Assembly (NCBI GenBank): GCA_025786725.1
Contig: JAHLTZ010000012.1
Coordinates: forward strand, 620,001 to 684,000
Length of the DNA: 64,000 bases
Source: Syncephalis fuscata S228
Taxonomy: Eukaryota; Fungi; Zoopagomycota
Direction of reading: 5' to 3'
Part shown: piece by piece, positions 42,873 through 64,000 of the stretch
Layout: each line of letters starts with the position of its first letter
Numbering within the stretch: position 1 is the first letter of the stretch
Program-made: the position numbers and the translations under genes
Notes under the pieces: generated by a model
What the model was told of the DNA's origin: nothing
Database searches by the model: none
What the model saw: only the letters and a program-made list of their open reading frames with translations

Positions 42873-45529
42873 ATGGAGTCGTCGTCAGTACTTCAATTTG
42901 AACCATTCAAGAGTGCGGTGGACCCTACGTTCTGGCATCAGCTTGGCAAAAAAAAACTTGATCTATACCAGCTGGATCAGTCAGAACGGCCTATTTATGG
43001 TCATTATACTACGGCCACTCGGGCAAAAAAGTCGGCCGAGCGTGATTTGGCTGCACCAGCTCAATTGACTGTAGATGGAGAGGCATTCGAAGAAGTAAAA
43101 CCTTCTGGGTAAATATTACTGTTTGTATAGTATATAGATGGTCTGATATCTAAGTATCTAACTAGACGAACCAACACGGTCATTGTTGAGGGTGCACTGC
43201 TGAACACCAATACCATTGAAGAGTTCAAAACTATTGACAAGCAAGCCCTTCTTAAGAAAACTAGTGACAAGGTAATATTAATGCTTTATTGCTAATTATA
43301 TAGCCTAAATAACCGTATGTATATATTCGGCTGTTTAGATTGTGGCAGCTATTGAAAGTGGTGAAGCATGGCAACATCCAAAGCTACTCTGTAATTTCAT
43401 TGCATTAGCATTTTCAGATTTGAAAAAGCATAGATATACTTATTGGTTTGGATTTCCTGCACTTGTGGCAGCACAGCCAGCACAAATCAATTCATGGTCT
43501 CGTATTAACACCGCATGGTCTAGTCAAAAGGTAGTATAATTATATGCAATTATTAGCATTAACCAACTAGAATCGATAGATTGTGGCATTTCAAAAGAGC
43601 ATGGAAGATTACAATCAGAGACATGCAGGACAAATACCGCCATTTTTTGGTATTATTGAAAGTGACAATGAAGATAGTGTTGCTATTATGAGCTTAAAGA
43701 CGTTTGTCAACATCAAGACACGATAAAGTAAGTATATAGTATAGTATTGTTTAATGTTATCTAATAGTCCATCTATTAGTTAATTATTGGATTTACTGAT
43801 CCTAGCGGATTAGAGGGACATCCTGGATGGCCACTACGAAATTTGGTTGCTTTATTAGCTCGTCACTTTAGTAGAAACACTATTCGAGTGCTTTGTTACA
43901 GGGATGCGATTGGAGCAACTGAACAAGATACATTTAGTGCATTGGCTAACATAGCATTTACATCAACTGCTAGTGGTAACTTGATAGAATTAGATTGATA
44001 GTAGCTCATTTGTTTTAATAGGCCAAGACTACAAGGTAGTTGGTTGGGAAAAGAACATTCACGGCAAATTGGCACCCGTGTAGCTGATTTAGGTAGTATG
44101 ATGGATCCAAGAAGGTACTTTTCATAACAACCGTTTTTATTTATTAGTTAATGGTTATTGTAGATTGGCTGATACGGCCATTGATCTTAATTTGAAATTG
44201 ATGAGATGGAGATTGGCCACTACACTTCAGCTTGAAAAGGTGGCCTCCACCCGTTGTTTATTACTAGGTGCTGGTACGCTTGGATGTTATGTTGCACGCT
44301 GTTTATTGGTAGATAGTATTTATTACAAGTAGTTTACTGTCTAATGCTATAATCGAATAGGGATGGGGCGTTCGTCATATTACATTTGTTGATAGTGCTA
44401 CCGTTTCATTTTCCAATCCAGTACGACAGCCATTATTCAATTACGAAGATTGTTTGGATGGTGGACAACCCAAAGCTCAATGTGCAGCACATAATCTTTC
44501 CAAGGTCTATCCCGGCGTGGTATGTATATTATAATGAGTTTAATAGATGTTGCTAATCAGTAGTGTTCATGAATAGATAACTGCCGGCCATAGTATCCGT
44601 ATTCCAATGCCTGGTCATACAGTTACCAACGATCAACAAACACAAGATGATATTAAAGCGCTTATTAATCTTATCGATGAACATGATGCTATTTTTCTTT
44701 TAATGGATAGCCGTGAAAGCCGATGGTTGCCAACACTATTAGGCGCCCAGCATGGCAAGGTAATATGGGCCAAACATTGATATCGGTAATAGCTAACTGA
44801 TTCGATAGATTGTTATTAATGCCGCTTTAGGATTTGACACATTTTTGGTGATGCGTCATGGTATACCTATTGATGGAGCAGATGCACCTATTGGCTGTTA
44901 CTATTGTAACGATGTAGTGGCACCGGCCGATGTAAGTTATATACAGTATGCAAAAGACTAACCAGCTAACAGTATATTAGTCGTTAAAGGACCGGTCTCT
45001 CGACCAGCAGTGTACGGTTACACGCCCTGGATTAGCGGCCATTGCATCAGCTATGGCAGTGGAGCTGCTTGTATCTATACTGCATCACCCATCAGGGCAA
45101 GTATAAAGCAAATAGCTATTATAACCATAGCCAATTAACTCGTCAATCTTAGGGCAAATGCTCCACCTGCCACTGAAGATGCACCAGAACCACATGATAC
45201 TGAACGACCATTAGGCGTTATTCCACATCAAATACGTGGACATTTAGCCAGTTATCGTAATATATTGGTAAATGGACCAGCCTATAATCGCTGTATTGCC
45301 TGTTCTTCACAAGTAAGCACTATCAAATGTTAATAATAATAACTGTGTATTTACTTGTTTTAATTAGATACGACAAGCGTATAAAGAAGATGGCTACGCC
45401 TTCCTTAAACAAGCCTTTAACGATCCAAAAACACTTGAGCGTCTTAGTGGTTTAGAAGAGCTATTAAACGAGGACCCACAAGTAGACTGGGATCTAGGCT
45501 CTGACGGCGACGATGCTGATGACTTTTAA
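42873..45529 (+). CDS. ATG7: Autophagy E1-like enzyme (spliced, with apparent indels)
   Basis: [102 protein letters not shown]. Confidence 0.96.
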
Positions 45530-45722
45530 CTTAATGTTGTGACTCTGCATTAATGGTATTAATAGTAAAAGTCATTATTGTTATTGATCTTATTAATAAT
45601 ATAAATATACTGGTCTATCTTTACATTTAATAACATTTTAATTATATTTAAGTTGACATTTATTGGAATTCACTATTTTTACCAGCAATTTACTGTTTTT
45701 TGTTTTATTTATACTATCGACT

Positions 45723-47354
45723 ATGTTCAAATTAATAATAAATAGGTCGACACCACGTTTTATATCATGTTCCATCAAACGACCATTGACTACGATAGAC
45801 CTCCGGAGTGATACTGGTAAGTGTGGCTATACAGTGGTATAGATGGGCTAGATTATGGTATTGATAGTCACTATTCGTGTAATAGTAACAACACCTACAC
45901 CAGCAATGCTTATGGCGGCGCAGGAATGTGCAGTCGGTGATGACGTCTATGAGGAGGACCCAACTGTCATTGCCTTGGAACAGCGTATTGCCGACATGAC
46001 GGGACATGAAGCGGCCTATTCTGTGCTAGCGGTACTATGTCTAACCAGTTAGCATTTCGCACTCATTTAAAGCAACCACCCCATAGTGTGCTATGTGACC
46101 AGCGTGCTCATGTCCATCAATATGAGTGTGGCGGTTTGGCATTTCATTCACAGGCCAACACTATAGCCGTTACACCTAGAAATAACATGCATTTGACGGT
46201 CGATGATATTGAGGCATGTGTTGTAATGGAGGATATACATAATGCACCTACGCGGGTTATTTCACTTGAGAATACACTAGATGGCACAGTAAGTGGAATA
46301 AAGTATTATGATTATTTAAATGTTTATAGTGTCGATTTAGATATTTCCATGGAAAGATTTAAGGTATAATATAGTGTGTCTATACTATTAGTGTTTGTTA
46401 ACAGGCTACGGATTATATTAATATGATTAGAGAAATTAGCAAGCTGGCTCACCACAAATCTATTTTATTACACCTTGGTAAATAATTAATGTAATTTACT
46501 TGATAACGTGTTTACACTTTGAATTATAGATGGTGCCCGCTTATGGAATGCATCTGTTGCTACGGGTATAAGCATGAAGCAGTATGGATCTTTATTTGAT
46601 TCGGTAAGTATTAGAATAGATAGATAGATAGATAGATGGATATGTATATTTATAATTATAATTGTATTAGATATCATTATGTCTTTCAAAAGGTATTTCT
46701 AAAATACACTGCTTAATAACTGTAACTGTTAAAATACTTATTATTCATTTAGGCATGGGATGTCCAATTGGGTCCGTGTTAGTTGGTATGTTACTAGTAA
46801 TTACAATTACATCTATCGATATTAATGATATTTAATATTATTAGGTTCTAAACCATTTATTAAAAAAGCAAGATGGTTTAGAAAGTTATTTGGTGGAGGG
46901 TAGGATGCTATTTATTACAGATAAAACGGTTAATTATGTTGACATAATATATAGTTGGCGTCAAGCCGGTATTCTAGCAAGTATGGGATTAGTGGCACTC
47001 GAGGACTATCCTCAACGTATGGCACAAGATCATTTACACGCAACGCAGCTTGCTAAAGCCTGGAAAGATCAAGGATTTGTTTGCCAGTTACCAGTGCAAA
47101 CGAATATGGTATTTATCAATACGGGTACTTGTTCAGCAACTCAGATAGCCACTCATCTACAACAATGCAATATACGGGTCATGCCATTCAGTGAATCAAT
47201 AATACGAATGGTTGTACATCATCAAATCACCTCAACAGACATTGAACGATTGACAAGTACACTACCACGTGTATTACACGCATCATTAGAACCTTCATTT
47301 GAAACTGAAGCAACCTCAACATCAACCACAACAACAACGTACTATAAAAAGTGA
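45723..47354 (+). CDS. GLY1: Low-specificity L-threonine aldolase with presequence-like N-terminus (spliced)
   Basis: [81 protein letters not shown]. Confidence 0.93.
46615..46636. repeat. Intronic (GATA)n microsatellite
   Basis: atagatagatagatagatagat directly visible. Confidence 0.8.
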
Positions 47355-47570
47355 ATCACGTGATTGACAGGCGCTGTTCAAAGCTTCTACTTGTTCGTTT
47401 ACAGATTAGTTGCGTCATCTTTACCTCATTACATTCATAAAAAACTACTGCCTTGCTTCGTCTATTGTACCATTGTCTGTCTTTTATTTATCCTTGTAGT
47501 TAGGCGCTTCATTAAGAGCGCAATTGCGCTATAAAGCGCAGATTATCTGTAACTGAATTGACTTCAAACG

Positions 47571-58411
<10,841 letters not shown>

Positions 58412-58473
58412 ATATAAATATATTTTTGTACATTGAAATAGCGTTTTTCTATTACTATTCATTTTATTACTCA

Positions 58474-59745
58474 ATGTCGTGTCCCATTGGTCCCGCTTTA
58501 CCGCCTCATTTAGCAAAAGCAAAAGCAACTAATGATACGTTGCAAGATCATGATGAGGTTAATAAATTAGAAGAGCCAATTAGTAAAAAGATAGTAGAGA
58601 AAGAGGAGGAAAGAGAAGAGAAGGACGAAGAAGAGGACGACAACGAAGATAGTGCGTCATCTTATGGTCCAAGTCTACCACCCGAGTTACTGGCAAGACG
58701 TCAAACAACAGTAGCTAGAAAAGTAATTGGACCTGCATTACCAAGTACAATTCAAACAAGTAGCTATGAACAGCAAGAAGAAGAAGACGATAGTTTAGGA
58801 CCGATGCCGTTAACCGGCGAAGCAGCAGAAACTATGGTAACGATACTTAGACTACAACTACAAGTAAATAATGTCTATTAAATGATATGTATTAGGCAAA
58901 GATTGAACATCTACAACGTATAGCCGAAATAGAAGCAAGAGCAGCGGGTAAAACTGTAGGAAAGGTAATAAAAATGTATGTTTAATAGATTAATAGATTA
59001 ATAGATTACTATAATTATGGATTATTAGAGTGACGATAATAAAGAAGTGTCATCAAAGCCTACTCGCGGTGAATGGATGCTTGTACCGCCAACAGCAGAC
59101 TTGTCAATGGGTAAATCATTAATAGGAATAGATATACATATAATAATATAAAAGTTAGATCCACTTAAGAAACGGCCAACGGGTTTCCGACAAGTAGAAG
59201 GTCGAGGTTATCGTGGTCCACGCGAAGAACATGACAACTTTCTATGGACTGAATCACCGGCCGATAGGGAAAAGCGACTTATTCGTGAAGTAAGTAGTAA
59301 TGATAAATATACATATATACATATAAATAGATCGATATTAATAAATGTTGTTTATTAGCATGAAGAAAAAGAACATGGACGGCCTTCAACTAGGCGCCCT
59401 GCCCCATCTACTTTTCCAGCAAAGAAATCTTCATCGTCTAATCCAGTGGCAAGTATTAATTCGTATGTCTTATTAATTGTAACACTAACTATTAAAGCAC
59501 AGGTGGCATCTCGTGGTCCATCTTTAATGGAACAGCATTTAGCAACACTACAAGATAAAAAGAAGGATAAGAGTCAAAAACGATCTACTGCAAGTAATAG
59601 CAAGAATGGCGACGATGATGACGAACAAAATTTATCATTTGATCGTGAACGTGATATGGCCGTTCAACGTGTGGATATTAAACGACAGCGTACAATGTTA
59701 CAAAAGGGCAATTTACTAAATGATCGATTCAGTCGTGGAAAATAA
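58474..59745 (+). CDS. GPALPP-motif protein (DUF3752 family), spliced
   Basis: IGPALPPHL, YGPSLPP, IGPALP, RGEWMLVPP, LWTESPADR, RGPSLMEQH, FDRERD, LNDRFSRGK. Confidence 0.88.
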
Positions 59746-60087
59746 AGTGATTTTGTAGTATTTGAATTTATTAAGTTCATTTATGCCATCATCATTCTAG
59801 TATGTTGTCTATTTAATAATTAAATTTTGGTTTCATAAAACTGAACAGTTTGTTATTTGTTTTAATTTTTATAACATAACAATGCTGTACCAATTATTCA
59901 ATAAAATAAAAAAGTTTTTGTAAATACAATAATTTATTGAATAAAACGCTTGTTTCAATGTTGGGTTGTAAATTGTAATAAATTGAATACAATAAGAAAA
60001 TAAATGCCACTAATCATTATAGAAATCGTGATAAACTATGCTTATGATCTGGATAAATTAAAATCGACTATAAAAGCATAATAGTCA

Positions 60088-61119
60088 TTACATATCAATA
60101 GGAATTCGTTCACGTAGTGTTTCGCGGAATCGGTCCTCCCAAGGCTTAGGCACCAAAACAATAGGCAGTACCCTGCATAATACACATAGCTGTTAGTTAG
60201 TAATTGGCAACAAATAGTTGGTAAGAGATTACGTACCATGTTGCCACAAGAATAATGCCATTACCACGATCGGCTGTCTTGATAATTGTAAATTGCATTG
60301 CTACAAAGGTAGCGATCATATTGACAAATGGGTAGATCAATGGGACGGTTTTTGAAAGTGCGCCGAGGAAATAAAGCACACCGGTGGCAACATCACCTTC
60401 ATCTTCAAGTTTTTGTAATGTTCTGGGAGGAATATAAATTTCATAGCCCCACCAATAAGTATGGGCTTCGATACTTTCCGGTGGGAGATCATCGTCGTCC
60501 TCTTCGTTAGGGCTGTTGCTGCAGCGACCATTGCGTCCAATACTTTTGGATCGTTCGTCAGCCAGCAAATCGGGCATCGACATACTACGCCAATCGTGTT
60601 GGAACATTTGCTGCATTAGTGACTGGGTCTTGAATGGATTGGGCATGAGTCGTAGAATATCGAGTACAGTAGAAAGCGTGTCTGGCTTTTGTAGACGCTT
60701 TAACGCTTTCTGCTGTGAAAGCATACGTTGCTTGTCATTTTTGCTATGATGGTGACGATGCTTATGTCGTCGGTGGTGTCGATTTTTCGCAGCTTCTTAT
60801 CGCCCGTTTCCTCGGCTACCGAAATTGCTGCGGCCATCAAGGCGCCATCGGTTGGCTTGGTACTGGGCGAGAAGGCAATACGACGACCATCGGCCAATTC
60901 ACCAGCCGTGGCGGCTTGTTCGTTGTTTACGTTTACCGGAGTCGCTGCAATTGCCAAGACTGCATTGGTATTAAGCACGGTACCGTCGCTTAGAGTAGAG
61001 CCGGAGGCGTAAAGCATACTGGCCGACTGCTGGCCAATAATAAGGTCGCGGACGGTGTCGGCCAACTTCTCAGCACGACGCTGTTCAGCACCGGGCATTA
61101 GTTTTTTGAAAAACGACAT
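60088..61119 (-). CDS. Conserved-looking fungal protein of unknown function (one intron, one apparent frameshift)
   Basis: MSFFKKL.. ORF joins the 60724 ORF through a frame change near 60730. Motifs AHTYWWGYEIYIP and, after intron ~60174-60236, GIILVATWVLPIVLVPKPW. Stop at 60088. Confidence 0.7.
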
Positions 61120-62754
61120 GGCAGCTGGACAATATACAGTGCACCTCAAGCAATTGGCAATAGGCTACAGGATGAAGCAAATAAGTTTAGCGTTGGCCAC
61201 ACAGGAGAATACAAATAGATACTAGAATAAGAACAAAGACGGAGTTGAATGCAAGCGTTATATCGAACAACAACAAACTACAAACGTAAAATTAGAAGGC
61301 ATGTTATGAAAAGCCTGATGGCCAAGATAGCATGCCCCAAAACTCGCTTTCCTCGTGTGCATGTCAGCTGATGTGCACCACATTGGATGTAGTAAGAATA
61401 AGGCGAAGTTGTAGCACTGTCATAATTACTCTGAAGGGGAGCATGACTTTGGAATTCCATTCATCTGTAGCCATTATTAGCATCCATACAAATAGTAATC
61501 GTTTTTAACACGGGTGAATCTAATGACGTTTATTTTGCACTGCAATGTTACTGTTAAAATAATGTAATAAAACGCTAAACGATTCATATCCAAAGTCGTA
61601 ATTTTAATTGATTCTAGCCAATTGACAAATTATTCATTAATGACATTGTAATGTAGAACACACGCTTATTGATGTTTACAATGTATTACGCAAAGTCTTG
61701 GCAATAAATCTTGTATATCTTTTACAGTGTTTGTTTTCATCAGCAATAAATGTATGGGCAACTACAATAATAGTTTTATTAGTAATCTAGGCTATTATAG
61801 TTACACTTTGTTTTTGCATTCTATTACTTTGAATAATCCAATATACAGGTAATGCAATGATAATCAATGTTGGATTTATGTTTATCATTTAAATGTTGTT
61901 TGCCTTTTAATTAGTATTAAAAATAAAGTTTATTGCTACAAACATCATAAATAAATAATCAATAATAGGTCATCGCAGTATTTAGTATTGACTTGCTAAT
62001 TAGTAACATACAAATAGCGTAAACGTTACTTCAGAAATGGTTTTGTTTATACTACTGTGTCTTAATCAATTCCTATACATTATTTTCCCCTTGCTCCATC
62101 ATAGCTAGACAATGTCTATTAATAACAACTCATTCGATAGATTGTTTCGGCTTGCTGCTAGTTCGCCTAGACTAATCAACTGCATTTATTATTTTGGTAA
62201 AAATGCTATCAATAGATTAGTAAGAAATTAGCGCATTGTTTAATAAAGCAAATTGCTATAAAGCAGATCAAAAGCATTGTCCGATATTGGCCATAAGAGC
62301 AATTGTACATCCCGACATGTTAACAATGCAGCTACAATACAAAGCTTTATTATATTAAAGAAAGGTTTTGGAGTATTGGCTGGCATTCGTCAATGGTACC
62401 ATTGCGTTATTTTCTGGCGCTTCCATCGCTAAGATTGGCGCATCTATAAATAGTGTTACCTGTGCAGATGGATGTACTCGAGTGTTTGTGGATGATTGAA
62501 GCAATCGTTACTGGAAACGTCCTTTTTTGGAAACTGCAAGGAGTAAGGTAACAAGGATTTTCCCATTGCCTTATTTTCCGTAATAAAAGCCTCATGCCAT
62601 GCCCATATTTTGCCGCCTAAAAGTACATTCTTTCTAGTCCTAACTAAGCTGTGCTCGGTTCTTTCTTTTATTAACCACTTTAACTACTCTACTACTCCAC
62701 TACTCTATTCTGCGGTACTCGTTCCTATTAACTAACTATTCTATTTCCATCACT

Positions 62755-62949
62755 ATGAAGGCTGCCTACTCGTTTTCGCTACAACTAATTGGCCTGGTGA
62801 CTTTTGCAATGTTGATTGTCAGCGCTGAAGCCAATCCCTTAAATGCGCAAAACTGGAGTCCTAACCGTGATTTTGCTCAAGAAGCACTTGCTGCCTATCA
62901 AAAGGGCGAGTCCAACAAGCCATTTTCTACCGTACTTCCACCACAGTAA
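62755..62949 (+). CDS. Small secreted protein, 64 aa
   Basis: MK + hydrophobic core + AEA signal peptide, then NPLNAQ. Preceded by a pyrimidine-rich leader. Confidence 0.55.
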   Translation: MKAAYSFSLQLIGLVTFAMLIVSAEANPLNAQNWSPNRDFAQEALAAYQKGESNKPFSTVLPPQ

Positions 62950-64000
62950 AAGCAACAACGAGTGTATGACAATAGTCGTGTAGAGCACACCATGTATAGT
63001 CCAAGTGGATAAGGCTCATAATACTCTTAAATAATAATAAAGCTATTATTATTTCTTTCGATATACACTATTACTAGTTGTTATCGCAATATATGATAAT
63101 CATCATTATCCGGCTATTTCCACACCTTAATGTAAAGAATACTGCAAATCTACTCTTACTGCTGCATTGCTTTAAATATAGAATACTACATATGATTACT
63201 TTCATTACTAAAATATACACTAATAGCTTTAGTAACAAATAGATATTTGCTACGACAATATGCTATGATGTTTATAAATAGTAGCTTTTTTTACTTTTTG
63301 TTTGAGGATTAATTAAATAATAGGCTACTATTAACGATTATTTCCAGTTGTTGCAACATTTAAAATATTACTCACGTTAAAAACTCCTGTTATAATCCTC
63401 GCCTATTCTCTGTCATTCTCGTTCATTGAAAATGCAACACATGGCAATAACAAAACACAGTCGACATTTTTGGCTATTTGGACACTGAACTATTGCCCCA
63501 ATACCATTTACTTATAAAACTAGATTTTATTGTGAATATTACTGTGTTTTACGCTCCTATCCCCCAATTCACACAGCAGCAACAAGCTAATAATAGATTG
63601 ATCCATCTTATCCGAAAGCAGATCTTGACTGGTGGTAAAACTGTTTCTACTATAACTAGGCACAAGTCCACATTGAACGTTGAATCCACATGGACAACTG
63701 CCTAAACACGCACGTCATCTTCCAGTTAGTTTTGCTTGAATGTTTTGCCAGCTAAACCCGTTGCTTTTCGCCTCATTCGTTCTCGTCTTTGTGGCGGGTA
63801 TTTTTCCCACGGCCGGCCTACCCCAGAATACGCATGATGCGCTGACTGTTGAGCAAAACTACACAGTAAACTGGCAGCCCAATTAATAAGCTGGTAACCG
63901 GAAAAACTAGCTGAACTGTAAAGGTTGAAATAGGAAAACAGCAGTTTTATTAATAAAATTGCCACAAGTAATAAATATTATGCGATTGTGTGTATAAAGG

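Overview
AT-rich, intron-dense eukaryotic DNA. It is most likely an early-diverging fungus: fused ARG5,6 gene, ~45-80 nt GT-AG introns; a Zoopagomycota/Syncephalis-like origin is my inference. Most of the window is ordinary genes: DIM1, an ABCB transporter, mitochondrial L34, a Trm140/METTL2-like methyltransferase, a SUT1-like transporter, MINDY, a SNG1-like membrane protein, ARG5,6, a PH protein, a GNAT, ATG7, GLY1, a BEACH protein and a GPALPP protein. Several carry apparent 1-nt indel assembly errors. The main result is 31.65-42.16 kb. What looks like an ~80-bp AT-rich tandem repeat is two tandem minus-strand genes, each with 31 exons. Each has a signal-peptide/Kex2-pro exon, 29 internal microexons (almost all exactly 3 nt, phase 1) and a stop-containing terminal exon. 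Splicing them by hand gives two 64-aa secreted precursors with divergent six-cysteine 33-aa mature peptides: SRDPAKCEECRKRCPKVYGTLFCVGLCSKYCAP and GDDLCRACRRMCDEYRKPFDRSSCFSTHCKDCQ (the second needs one restored base). One intron carries a 400-bp structured, A-tailed insertion flanked by an 8-bp direct repeat. A CAP-domain pseudogene and a second small secreted-peptide ORF are also present.
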